IMG/VR virus record: IMGVR_UViG_3300031949_000090
Location: 1-40,908 of that record
Strand: one strand, 5' to 3'
DNA: 40,908 bases
Source of the DNA: a virus
Lineage: Duplodnaviria > Caudoviricetes
The translations under genes and the position numbers were made by a program. The notes under the pieces were generated by a model. It had not been told where the DNA came from. It made no database searches and saw only the letters and a program-made list of their open reading frames with translations. Shown here piece after piece: positions 17,204-26,368 of the stretch (position 1 is the stretch's first letter; every line of letters begins with the position of its first letter).

Positions 17204-17271
17204 GAGTGCATTCTCCCCGATCCGGGCCATCAATCAAACGCGCCGCGGCGGAAGGGGGGCGGCGATGATCG

Positions 17272-17658
17272 TCACTCCAACTCCCCCACGTGCCTGGCCA
17301 TCATCTCAAGAGCTGTGCGAACCTGGTCGATCGCTGCTGGCGCTGATGCGAGATGAGTCCGAAGCGAACGCACCTCGTCGTCGGGAGCTGAGAGCGCTAC
17401 TGAGTGGTGGAACTGGAAGCAGTGCAGAATCAGCCGCACGTCTTCAAGCGTGGCACGCTCGCTGGCGAAGTATCGAAGCTCGGGATCATCGACTAATTGA
17501 TCTAGTTTCGCGAGTAACAGCAGCGGACTGGCAGGCCGCGTTGGTTCGAGCTCGATCAGCCGCTGAACGGCGTATTCCAGCGTCGCTGGCAGGACGGATC
17601 GGCAAAGCTGCAAGATGCGCGTGGCGCATTCTCCGCGGATGTCAGGGGGTGTGCTCAT
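17272..17658 (-). CDS. Counter-oriented hypothetical protein
   Basis: Leu-rich helical composition; shared upstream TTGATT-N16-GAGAAT / GGGGAG block. Confidence 0.6.
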   Translation of the reverse strand: MSTPPDIRGECATRILQLCRSVLPATLEYAVQRLIELEPTRPASPLLLLAKLDQLVDDPELRYFASERATLEDVRLILHCFQFHHSVALSAPDDEVRSLRTHLASAPAAIDQVRTALEMMARHVGELE

Positions 17659-17973
17659 GCTGACATTCTCCCCGATTCCATTGGTCAATCAAACCGATCG
17701 ACGCCCCGGCCGGCCGATACTGGCGCGCCCGGACGGGCAAAAGAGGCCGGCGGCGCGGTCGGGGTCGAAGAAGCGGTCAGCGATCAGCGATCAGCGATCA
17801 GTTCAAGTACTACTGAGATTCACCACACCCGACGCGGCTGTGAGTGCTGCCAGTGAGTGGGCGCCGGCGGACCTAGGACCGTCGCGAGAGGCCGGCCGAA
17901 TGGGCGACGCGGAAGCCCGAGAACATGCCCAGGACATCGACGGCAGGCAGAACACGGCGAATTGTTTTCACCG

Positions 17974-18005
17974 GGCGGCTGATCCGCGCAGCCGCCGCGT
18001 TTTTC
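17974..18005 (+). terminator. Terminator-like hairpin upstream of the lysis genes
   Basis: GGCGGCTG-ATCCGCG-CAGCCGCC then GCGTTTTT. Confidence 0.45.
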
Positions 18006-18147
18006 CCTTCGAACCTTACTACGGGTGCCGAAACCACCGGGCCGGGAGTTTTCGAAAGCTCCCGGCCCGAGTGGTGGGCCATAAACAACCCAATCTTCAC
18101 CCTCGGCGATCTCTGCGTCTCTGCGGTGAATCTTCCCGGAGGTCCGC

Positions 18148-18375
18148 ATGAACACCCTTCAATTGATCCTGCGCAGCCGCAAGGTCTGGGTCGCCCTGGG
18201 CGGTTTGGTCATCAGCATCCTGGCGACGCTGGGGATGGACAACTGGGAGCCGGTCGTGATCGCCGCCGTGGCCCTGGCCGGCATGGTGATCGGCGGGATC
18301 GCCTATGAGGATGGGCAGCAGAAGGGCCGGGACGTGATTGTGCATGCGACGGATGAGATCGCGGAATCGAACTGA
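18148..18375 (+). CDS. Putative holin (2 TM)
   Basis: GGAGG RBS; SRKVW followed by two hydrophobic helices; first late gene. Confidence 0.65.
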   Translation: MNTLQLILRSRKVWVALGGLVISILATLGMDNWEPVVIAAVALAGMVIGGIAYEDGQQKGRDVIVHATDEIAESN

Positions 18376-18412
18376 CAAGGTGACAAGGTGAGGGGGTGAC
18401 AAGGTGACAAGA

Positions 18413-18709
18413 ATGAAACTGGCAACGCACAACTCGCAACTCACAACTCGCCGGGAAACCGGCATCTGGCATCTGGCGGCTCTGCTGCTGGCGATCGCAC
18501 TCCTTCTGGTAGCGGGCGGCTGCGCCGATGGATCGGCGCAGTCGGCCCGTTTGTTCGCGGCCCAGAAGCTGTGGGGCGCCATGGGCCCGGAGTATCGCGA
18601 TTACGTGGCGGCGGACGGGCAGCTCGATGATGAGTCGAAGGCCATTCGAGGAAGAACTGCCGACCTCATGGATGAGGCCACGCAGCAAGTGACGAGTGGA
18701 AAGGACTGA
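18413..18709 (+). CDS. Lipoprotein, possibly spanin-like
   Basis: Hydrophobic stretch ending LLVAGGC lipobox; lysis position. Confidence 0.6.
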   Translation: MKLATHNSQLTTRRETGIWHLAALLLAIALLLVAGGCADGSAQSARLFAAQKLWGAMGPEYRDYVAADGQLDDESKAIRGRTADLMDEATQQVTSGKD

Positions 18710-18769
18710 GGACTGAGTGGCGGGATTCCCAACTCAGTCCTCAGTCCTGAGCAACTTTTAACTCTGACC
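18695..18769 (+). repeat. GACTGAG/CTCAGTC hairpin element, copy 1
   Basis: AGTGGAAAGGACTGAG...CTCAGTCCTCAGTCCTGAGCAACTTTTAACT; near-identical copies at 34789 and 35119. Confidence 0.9.
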
Positions 18770-18777
18770 GGCGAATC

Positions 18778-19095
18778 ATGAACGACGACATGTACCTGAG
18801 CGAGATCAAGACGATCCTGGCCGATGCTCTGGCGATGATGGCCGGCGAGCCGCGGGAGGCCAAGGCCGAGTACGCGGCGTTCATCGCGGAGATCAGCCCC
18901 CAGATCGGCCGGTACGCCGCCGCGGCGGCGGCGGGCGAGCCGCGGGCGGCGGATACGCTGCGGCATCTGGTGGCTCAGGCGGAGGCCAAGGCGGCGGTGA
19001 TGCAGATCGCGGTGACCAGCGCATCGCAGCAGGCCCTGGGCCAGGTGATCACGGTCATCGGGCTGGCGGCGGCGCGGTGGCTGATGAAAATCTGA
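18778..19095 (+). CDS. Hypothetical Ala-rich protein with hydrophobic C-terminus
   Basis: Phage-like codon usage; lysis region. Confidence 0.7.
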   Translation: MNDDMYLSEIKTILADALAMMAGEPREAKAEYAAFIAEISPQIGRYAAAAAAGEPRAADTLRHLVAQAEAKAAVMQIAVTSASQQALGQVITVIGLAAARWLMKI

Positions 19096-19102
19096 GAACA
19101 AT

Positions 19103-19285
19103 ATGGCCTATGTAGGAACCATAAACGTCGAAGTGAGACTCGCATGGTGGTTTCCATTGATCCTACTTTGCGCTCGCGTGTTCCTACTTTGCGGCGCTTC
19201 GGTGCACTCGTCATCGTTACATAGACTGTTTCGCCTTTGCTCCACGACGCGCATCGTTGGCTTCGGCCGGAAGGGGCGGGCGTAA
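19103..19285 (+). CDS. Small hydrophobic hypothetical protein, lower GC
   Basis: TAATG overlap with the next gene. Confidence 0.4.
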   Translation: MAYVGTINVEVRLAWWFPLILLCARVFLLCGASVHSSSLHRLFRLCSTTRIVGFGRKGRA

Positions 19286-19659
19286 TGGAATTCCGCGACG
19301 TGCTCCAGGCGGTCATCTTCGTCGTGCAACTGGCCATGGGCGTGCTGATGAAGAAGTTGTCCGACCAGCAGAAGCTGATCAAGGAGGGCAACCGGGAGCG
19401 CGATGAGGCCATGCGGGCGCTGGTGAAGGCCGAGACGCGGCTGGAGGTGTCGAGACTGGACGGCCCGATGAACCGGCTCACATCGGAGCTGGAGCACGTG
19501 GGCCAGCGGTTGAGCCGCGGCGACGGCCGGTTCGATCTGCTGACGGCGAACGATCACAAGGTGGAGATGGATTTATTGACCAAGATCGCGGCGATGCAGG
19601 AGAAAATGGCGACGCGGGATGACCTGCGACTGCTGCGCGAGGAGATCAAGCGCGGATGA
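19285..19659 (+). CDS. Membrane-anchored coiled-coil protein (Mu gp25/DUF2730-like position)
   Basis: N-terminal TM plus coiled coil; synteny. Confidence 0.65.
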   Translation: MEFRDVLQAVIFVVQLAMGVLMKKLSDQQKLIKEGNRERDEAMRALVKAETRLEVSRLDGPMNRLTSELEHVGQRLSRGDGRFDLLTANDHKVEMDLLTKIAAMQEKMATRDDLRLLREEIKRG

Positions 19660-19700
19660 CCGAAAGAGGCTGACAGCTATCAGCCGGCAGTCTGTGGACT

Positions 19701-20072
19701 ATGGAAACTGTGATGCCCATGCGAACGACCGAATACGACGCGATGCAGAGGCCGCGGCAGATCCGCCGGCGGATGATCGTGCTGGCCAAGCTCCAGGGCC
19801 CGCATCATCACGAGCGCTGGATACCGGCCCGCGCGTTTCTCGCCGCCGCGGATGACCTGGGCGAGAAGGTGCGCGATGAGGATGAGTGTGATGACCTGCT
19901 GAGCGACCTGCTGGCGCTGGCGCTGCTGGAGGAGTGGCAGCCGATGGGCCTGTCCGGCAAACAGCAGAGCTTCGCGCAACGGCGAGTGCGGCTGACGCAC
20001 CGCGGCTACGCCCTGTGGAGCCAGGAGTTGGATCCGATCCCCGAGATCGCGGATGAGAGACTCGGAGACTGA
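19701..20072 (+). CDS. Mu gp26-like winged-helix protein
   Basis: RRRMIVL...VRLTHRG; located before DUF3486. Confidence 0.6.
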   Translation: METVMPMRTTEYDAMQRPRQIRRRMIVLAKLQGPHHHERWIPARAFLAAADDLGEKVRDEDECDDLLSDLLALALLEEWQPMGLSGKQQSFAQRRVRLTHRGYALWSQELDPIPEIADERLGD

Positions 20073-20152
20073 TTCACCGCAGAGACGCAGAGGACGCAGA
20101 GAAGAGATTTTGAACTGGCAACTGACAACTGGCAACTAACAACTTTCGACGC

Positions 20153-20674
20153 ATGGCACGCAGCCCCGACTTTTTTCGACAACTGCGAGGCGGTCCCGAT
20201 CGTGTGGACGGGGCGCCATCGTTGGAGGAGCTTGAGGAATTCGGGAGTCAAGACGGGATAACGGGGCCGGAGTGTTTGCGCTGGCTGACCAAGCGTAACG
20301 TTTCCACCAGCCGGGCGGCGGTCGCCCGCTGGCTTCAGGATTTCAAGCTGGAGTATAAGACGCGCCGGGCCAGCGAGGTGGCGAGAAGCTGCCTGGCCAC
20401 CGCTCGCGAGGGAGATCCGCTGGCTGTGACCGAGGCGACGCTGGTGAAGATGGAAGAGGCGGTCTTCGAAAAGCTGGTGAGCGGTGACGAGCTGTCCGCC
20501 GGAGAGCTGAAGGACCTGTCCACCGCGATGGGCACGCGGCTGAAGTCGCGGAGAGAGCTGCTCGACCAGCGGCGGATCGGCCGGGATGAGTTGGGCAAGC
20601 TGGCGGGTGAGTCGAAGAAGCGGCAGATCACGGCGGAAGACATCGAACGGGTTTCGAAAGCGGTTTTTGGATGA
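20153..20674 (+). CDS. DUF3486 / Mu gp27 family (small terminase role)
   Basis: WL......SRAAVARW; C-terminal IT.EDIE...AVFG; directly before the large terminase. Confidence 0.75.
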   Translation: MARSPDFFRQLRGGPDRVDGAPSLEELEEFGSQDGITGPECLRWLTKRNVSTSRAAVARWLQDFKLEYKTRRASEVARSCLATAREGDPLAVTEATLVKMEEAVFEKLVSGDELSAGELKDLSTAMGTRLKSRRELLDQRRIGRDELGKLAGESKKRQITAEDIERVSKAVFG

Positions 20675-22116
20675 TCGAGGCAATCGAACAATCTCAGCAG
20701 GTCGCGCCGAGCGTCTACCGCTTCGACCCGTCGCAGCGGCGGCTGATGGACGATCAGTCGCGCGTGATCATCGTCAACTGGCACCGGCAGAAGGGCAAGG
20801 ACTTCACCGCCGCCGCTAAGGCGATCCGCCAGGCATTGGTGAGCAAGCAGAGCTGGTACATCGTATCGCTCACCCAGCGCCAGGCCGATGCCACGTTCGA
20901 CAAGTGCAAGGCCGCGGCCAAGTCGTTTATGGAGCTGCTGAAGATCGCCGGCACGACGGATGAATCCAGCTACGCCAGCGAGCAGTGGGACAAGGAGCTC
21001 AAGCAGGGCTTCACGTTCCTGGCTCGCACGATCCGCTTGCCCGGCGGCGGCAGTGTGACCAGCCTGCCCGGCCGGGACCCGGACACGCTGGCCGGACTGA
21101 CGGGCAACGTGATCTTCACGGAGTTCGGCTTGTTCCCCAACGGCGGCTTCGATCACTGGCGGGTGGTATTCCCTCTGGCGACGCGCGGCTTTCAGGTGAT
21201 CGTGATCTCCACGCCGCGCGGCAAGAACACCAAGTTCTATGAGCTGTGCCAGAATATGGACGGCGCGTACAGCGTGCACTTCTGCGACATCCACCACTCG
21301 ATCGAGCACGATGGGTTCATCCTTCGGGATAACGCCGGTGAGCCGACGACGCTGGAGAATTTTCGCAAGCTGTATGGGGATGCGGCCGGTTTCCAACGTG
21401 AGTATGAGTGCCTGTTCACCGGCGACGCCGCGGCCCTGATCCCCTGGGCGGAGCTGGAGCGGGCGGCGGGGCTGGCCAATCCCGATGGCTTCATCTTCCG
21501 GCGGATCGACGGCGGCCGGGAGATCCGGCCGGCCGAGATCTTCCGCGGTGCCCTGGCGGGCAAGTCGATCGCCCTCGGCTGGGACGTGGCCCGACGCGGG
21601 CACTTATCGGTGATCGCGGTCAACCGGCTGGTGACCAAGCATCCGTCGCGGCTGATCGCCATGGTGGCCATGCGGGACTGCACCTTCGAATACATGCGCC
21701 ACGTGGCGACGACGATCATGGACACGACGCGGCAGAGCGTCGGCTTCGGCGATGCGACCGGCCTGGGCATGGAATCCAACGAAGTCCTGGAGAAGAAATA
21801 CCGCGACCGCTGGACGCCGTACATGTTCACCGCCGCCAGCAAGCGAGAGGTGGCCAGCGCCCTGCGGACGGGATTCAGCGACGGCATGCAGACGCTGCCG
21901 GGGATGGATGAGCACAAGTTCATCGCCGCGGATCTGTACGCGATCCAGGCCGATCAGAGCGGGGCGAATCTGCTGTTGAGCGAAACACCCAACCCGCTGC
22001 TGGAAGAGAGCCATTGCGACATCGCGTATGCGATCGGCCTGGCGCGGCTGGCGGGAGCGAAGAACGCGCGGATGCCCCTGCCAGCCCCGCTGATGCACAA
22101 GCCGGCGGGATGGTGA
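20671..22116 (+). CDS. terL: Terminase large subunit (Mu gp28-like)
   Basis: RQKGKDF, ISTPRG, FQREYEC.F, LGWDVAR, DATGLG, HCDIAYA. Confidence 0.92.
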   Translation: MIEAIEQSQQVAPSVYRFDPSQRRLMDDQSRVIIVNWHRQKGKDFTAAAKAIRQALVSKQSWYIVSLTQRQADATFDKCKAAAKSFMELLKIAGTTDESSYASEQWDKELKQGFTFLARTIRLPGGGSVTSLPGRDPDTLAGLTGNVIFTEFGLFPNGGFDHWRVVFPLATRGFQVIVISTPRGKNTKFYELCQNMDGAYSVHFCDIHHSIEHDGFILRDNAGEPTTLENFRKLYGDAAGFQREYECLFTGDAAALIPWAELERAAGLANPDGFIFRRIDGGREIRPAEIFRGALAGKSIALGWDVARRGHLSVIAVNRLVTKHPSRLIAMVAMRDCTFEYMRHVATTIMDTTRQSVGFGDATGLGMESNEVLEKKYRDRWTPYMFTAASKREVASALRTGFSDGMQTLPGMDEHKFIAADLYAIQADQSGANLLLSETPNPLLEESHCDIAYAIGLARLAGAKNARMPLPAPLMHKPAGW

Positions 22117-22166
22117 ATGGAGAGTGGCTCAGTACTGAGGACTGAGGACTGAGAAGAGAGTCACGG

Positions 22167-23645
22167 ATGATCTGGGTCAATGAACAAGTCGCATCGTTCG
22201 GTCGCAGCGTGGGGGCCGCGCCGCGCTACCTGAGCGAGGAGCATCAGCTCGCCTGGCAGCGGCTGCGCATGGCCCGCATGCTGTTCGAGGGTCGGCATCG
22301 ACAATTCTTCTGGGATGAGGCGCGCACGCAGTTCGACTATCCGATCACCCGCGTGGGCGATCGCCAGTGCCGTCTGTATCTCACCGTGAACCTCCTTCGG
22401 CTGGTGAGCGTGAAGACGGCCGATCTGCTGTTCGGGGCCAAGGCCAAGCTGGATGCGCCGACCGTGCCCCAAACCGATGCCCTGGACCTGCTGGCCCGAC
22501 GCTCCAAGATCCACAGCCGGTTCCACACGGCCGTCGTCCAGGCGTCCTGGGCGGGCGGGAGCTACCTGCTCGGCACGACCTACCGCGGCGAGGGGTATCT
22601 GGACAACGTCGAGCCGGATGACATCTATCCACTGGGCCAGCGCGGGCCGGATGACCAGTATGAAAGGTATGTTCGCTACGCCACGGCCAACATCGGCACC
22701 GAGCAATCCCCGCTGATCGTGCTGCTGGAGACGAACTACGAGCCGGGTAGGATCGCCCGCAAGCTCTACCAACTCCAGGGGGACAAGCGGCAGAAGGAAT
22801 TGAACCTCGACCAGTGGCCGCACTGGTCGGCGGCGCAGGGCGGCGTACCGGCCAATGACGTGCGCACCGGCGTCGGCGACAACGTCATCACCTACATCCC
22901 CAACGAATGCGGCGGCAACCTGGGGCTGAGCGACTATGACGGGATCATCGAGGTTCAGGACACGGTCAACGCCAAGTTCGCGCAGGTGGCCCGCGTGCTC
23001 ATGAAACACAGCGATCCCAAGCTGGCCATGCCGGAGACGGCGGCGGATGAGAAGGGGAATGTGCGGGCGGACCACGATCTGTTCTTCTTCCGCACGAAGG
23101 ATGAGATGCCCACCTACATCACCTGGTCGGCGGAGCTGTCGGCCGCGATGCAGGACCGGGAGGCGGCGATCGACGCCTTTTGCGTCGCCAGCGAGATGAG
23201 CCAGATCATCCTGGGAATCAAGAAGGGCGCCGCCCCGGTGGCGGCGCGAACGCTACGGCTGGAGGCGACCAACAGCCTGGCCAAGGCGGGCCGGAAGGCC
23301 CCCAACATCGAGCCGGCCATCGCCCGCGCCGTCGAGATCGCCCAGCGTCTGGATCAGACCACCGCCCTGCGTCGCAGCTACCCGGTCGATCCGATCGGCG
23401 TGGAGATGCGCGATGGGCTGCCGGTGGATGAGCTGGACGTGGCCCAGACCGTCTCGACGTACCGCGCGGCGGGCGTGATGAGCGTTGAGGACGCCGTGGA
23501 GCGGCGCAAGGAAGATCCCGACTCGGCCTTCACCGAGGTGCAGCGGATCAAGGCCGAGCAGGCGGCCAGCGCCCCGCCGATCTTCGGGCCGTTCACGGAA
23601 CAGCCTGAAGAAACGCCGCCCGCGACGGAGCCGGCCGCGGCCTGA
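22167..23645 (+). CDS. Portal protein (SPP1/A118-like)
   Basis: NLLRLVSVKTADLLFG, YIPN...GLSDY, YITW; position after terminase. Confidence 0.85.
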   Translation: MIWVNEQVASFGRSVGAAPRYLSEEHQLAWQRLRMARMLFEGRHRQFFWDEARTQFDYPITRVGDRQCRLYLTVNLLRLVSVKTADLLFGAKAKLDAPTVPQTDALDLLARRSKIHSRFHTAVVQASWAGGSYLLGTTYRGEGYLDNVEPDDIYPLGQRGPDDQYERYVRYATANIGTEQSPLIVLLETNYEPGRIARKLYQLQGDKRQKELNLDQWPHWSAAQGGVPANDVRTGVGDNVITYIPNECGGNLGLSDYDGIIEVQDTVNAKFAQVARVLMKHSDPKLAMPETAADEKGNVRADHDLFFFRTKDEMPTYITWSAELSAAMQDREAAIDAFCVASEMSQIILGIKKGAAPVAARTLRLEATNSLAKAGRKAPNIEPAIARAVEIAQRLDQTTALRRSYPVDPIGVEMRDGLPVDELDVAQTVSTYRAAGVMSVEDAVERRKEDPDSAFTEVQRIKAEQAASAPPIFGPFTEQPEETPPATEPAAA

Positions 23646-23814
23646 TCGACGGGGCGTCGATCGACAATCGAATAGCCATTGAATCCGGAGATAGGCACCC
23701 GGCGTAAGGCCCCGAGCGTGATGCGGGGCATGAGGGCGTGTGAATGTGATGCTGAATCGCATCAAGAATATTTTCAGCAGGTTTAACGCCGGCAACGCCG
23801 GTAAGGAGCTTTCG

Positions 23815-24414
23815 ATGGCAGAAGCCACGAACAACAACGGCTCACCGCCGGCCACGAACGGCGGAATCACGCTGGAGCAGATCCAGCAGACCATCGCGGC
23901 GGCGGTCAAGCCGCTGGCGGAGGCCCAGGCCAAGCTCACCGCCGACCTGGACGTCGTCGCCAGGACGATGGCCGAAGAGGCCAAGCCCGCCGCGGGCGCG
24001 GCGGCGGGCGGCGCGGGCGGCAAGAAGGAAGAGGCCCCGGCCGGCCTCACGCTGGAGCAGGTCAAGGGCCTGCTGGACGAGCGGGACAAGAAGGCCAGCG
24101 ACTCGGCCGGCCGGACGGCGTTTATCGCCAGGACGCTCGGCAAGCTGCCGACCGCTTACCAGGGCCAGCTCGGGCAGGACCCGGCCAAGTGGGACGCCGA
24201 GGCCAAGTCCATCCAGTCTCAGTTCGAGACGGATGCCAAGGCCATGGGTGTGAAGCTGGAGAACCTGGGCACACCGGCCGGCGACGGCGGCAAGACTCCG
24301 GCGGCCGAGAAGCCGGACCTGTCCAAGATCCCGGCCTTCGAGCTGCTCCACATGGGCGTGGAGAGGCTCCCGGTGCCCACCGCGGCCGTCGCCCCGGCCG
24401 AGGCGGCGAAGTAG
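23815..24414 (+). CDS. Capsid scaffolding protein (putative)
   Basis: AAGGAG RBS; Ala/Glu/Lys-rich helical protein directly before the capsid gene. Confidence 0.65.
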   Translation: MAEATNNNGSPPATNGGITLEQIQQTIAAAVKPLAEAQAKLTADLDVVARTMAEEAKPAAGAAAGGAGGKKEEAPAGLTLEQVKGLLDERDKKASDSAGRTAFIARTLGKLPTAYQGQLGQDPAKWDAEAKSIQSQFETDAKAMGVKLENLGTPAGDGGKTPAAEKPDLSKIPAFELLHMGVERLPVPTAAVAPAEAAK

Positions 24415-24501
24415 CGGCAAAGGAAACGATCAGGCGGAGCGGGCGACGCAACAGGTGATGAAACGCGACGCGACCAAGAGAAACGAAAGCGAGATGCAGC
24501 A

Positions 24502-25419
24502 ATGGCGATGACCTTAGTTCAATTCAAGGCCCTTTTCCCGGCCGATCCGATGCGGCTTGGACTGGTGGATTCCATTCAGGAGCAGAGCGCGATCCTGCCC
24601 CTGCTCAACTTCATCCCGGTGGATGGCTTCAGCTATCCCTACAGCGAGACTGCCAGCCTTCCGGGGATCGGCTTCCGCAACATCAACGGCCAGTACACCG
24701 ACTCCGAGGGCGTCATCAACCCGCGGTCGGAGAAGCTCGTGCCGTTCGGCGGGAGCGTGAAGACGGACAACTGGATGGTGGACCTGCGCGGCGGCCGGGC
24801 GCGGACCGTTCAAATCTCCAACAAGATCCGGGCGGCCGGCCTGTTCTTCGACTGGGCGTTTTTCAAGGGCGACAGCGCCGTCAACGCCATGGCGTTCGAC
24901 GGGCTTCAGGCCCGGATCAACACGACAGGGTCTCAGTGTTTCTGGGCCGGAACGCACGGCGGGGCGCTGACCCTCCCGCTGCTGAACGAGGCGCTGGACG
25001 CCGTCCGCGGCCCCAACAGCGGCAAGACGATCCACTGTAGCAAGGCCGTTCGCCGCAAGCTGACCAGCCTCGTGCTGGCCGAGGCGGGCGGCGCGGCCGT
25101 GATGGACGCCCAGAAGCAGTTGGCCGAATTCGACGGCGCTCGCATCATCCCGATCGAGGAGGACAACGCCGGCAACGCGATCCTCGGATTCAATGAGACG
25201 CGCGGCAACTCCGATGTCACCACCAGCCTTTACATCACGCGCTACGGCACCTCGGCCGATGAGTCGGACGTCCAGGGCCTGGCGGCGACGGGCCTCTTCA
25301 AGGCTCGCGTGCCCGTGAACATGGGCGAGTATGTTCGCGACGTGATCGAGACGCTGATGGGCATGGGGATCTTCCACGGCAAGAGCGTGGCCCGCATCGG
25401 CGGGATCCTCAACCAGTGA
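24502..25419 (+). CDS. Major capsid protein
   Basis: LNFIPVDGFSYPY....LPGIGFRNIN..Y, FFKGD, FDGL, VARIGGI; size and position. Confidence 0.88.
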   Translation: MAMTLVQFKALFPADPMRLGLVDSIQEQSAILPLLNFIPVDGFSYPYSETASLPGIGFRNINGQYTDSEGVINPRSEKLVPFGGSVKTDNWMVDLRGGRARTVQISNKIRAAGLFFDWAFFKGDSAVNAMAFDGLQARINTTGSQCFWAGTHGGALTLPLLNEALDAVRGPNSGKTIHCSKAVRRKLTSLVLAEAGGAAVMDAQKQLAEFDGARIIPIEEDNAGNAILGFNETRGNSDVTTSLYITRYGTSADESDVQGLAATGLFKARVPVNMGEYVRDVIETLMGMGIFHGKSVARIGGILNQ

Positions 25420-25524
25420 TTCGCTGAGCGGCGAGGGCGCGGCCCCGCGGCCGGGTAACGGCGGGGCCGCACGGCAAAACGTAACGACTGACCGGCCCCA
25501 CGCGGGCCTTAACGAAAGGAACAG

Positions 25525-25986
25525 ATGCTTTCAATTATCGGAATCGCGATCGGCCTGGGCGTGCTGGCGATGGTGGCGATCGCCATGGCGCCGGCCATGG
25601 CCGACGTGGAGAATCGCGGCATTCCTGGCCCACAGGATGCAGAACTCGTCCTCCAGGCCGGGGTGACCAAGACGGTGGACTTCGACGGGGCCGGCCTGCA
25701 CCTGGGAACGGGCTTCGCGCCCGGCGGGATCGGCAAGCTGATCTCCGCCGTCATCACTGTGACGGCGCTGGACCAAACCACGGGCAATGAGACCTACGCC
25801 TTCCACCTGGAGGAGTCGGCGGACGATCAAACCTACGTCGATTGCGGCGTTCCATTGGCCGTGGCGGCGACGGGCGTCTTCGTGGCCAAGGGCATCCAGA
25901 CCCTGCCCTACTCCCGGCTCGTCCTGGACGTGGATGGCGACACGCCCAGCATCACGTACAGCGCGAACCTCAACCCGCTGGCCTGA
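25525..25986 (+). CDS. Capsid cement/decoration protein (putative)
   Basis: Beta-rich, ETY.F.LEES.D...YSRL; follows the capsid gene. Confidence 0.6.
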   Translation: MLSIIGIAIGLGVLAMVAIAMAPAMADVENRGIPGPQDAELVLQAGVTKTVDFDGAGLHLGTGFAPGGIGKLISAVITVTALDQTTGNETYAFHLEESADDQTYVDCGVPLAVAATGVFVAKGIQTLPYSRLVLDVDGDTPSITYSANLNPLA

Positions 25987-26065
25987 AACCTTTAACCCCC
26001 GCGGTCGATCGGGAAACCGGCGATCCGCGGCATGGCAATGACGCCTTTTAAGAAAGAGGAATCAG

Positions 26066-26314
26066 ATGGCAGACAAAGCGAAGAAGCAACCCGCGGCGAG
26101 CGGCGAAGCGAAGAATGGCAAACCCTCGCATCACTTCGAGATCCGCACGCCCAGCCCCGTCTTCACGGGTGAGCGGTGCGGCCTGAAATTCCGCGACGGC
26201 GTGGCCGGGACGGAGGACGGGTTCCTGGCCGAGTCGATGCGGCAACTGGGCTACGCGGTGATCGACCTCGCCGCTCCCGCGCCCGCGACAGACCCGCTGG
26301 CAACTGGCAAGTAA
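26066..26314 (+). CDS. Hypothetical head-associated protein
   Basis: GAGGA RBS; FTGERCGLKFRDGVA. Confidence 0.65.
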   Translation: MADKAKKQPAASGEAKNGKPSHHFEIRTPSPVFTGERCGLKFRDGVAGTEDGFLAESMRQLGYAVIDLAAPAPATDPLATGK

Positions 26315-26368
26315 CAAATAACAACTTTTCCGGCAACCAACAACCGGCAACAACTTTAAGGAGCAATC

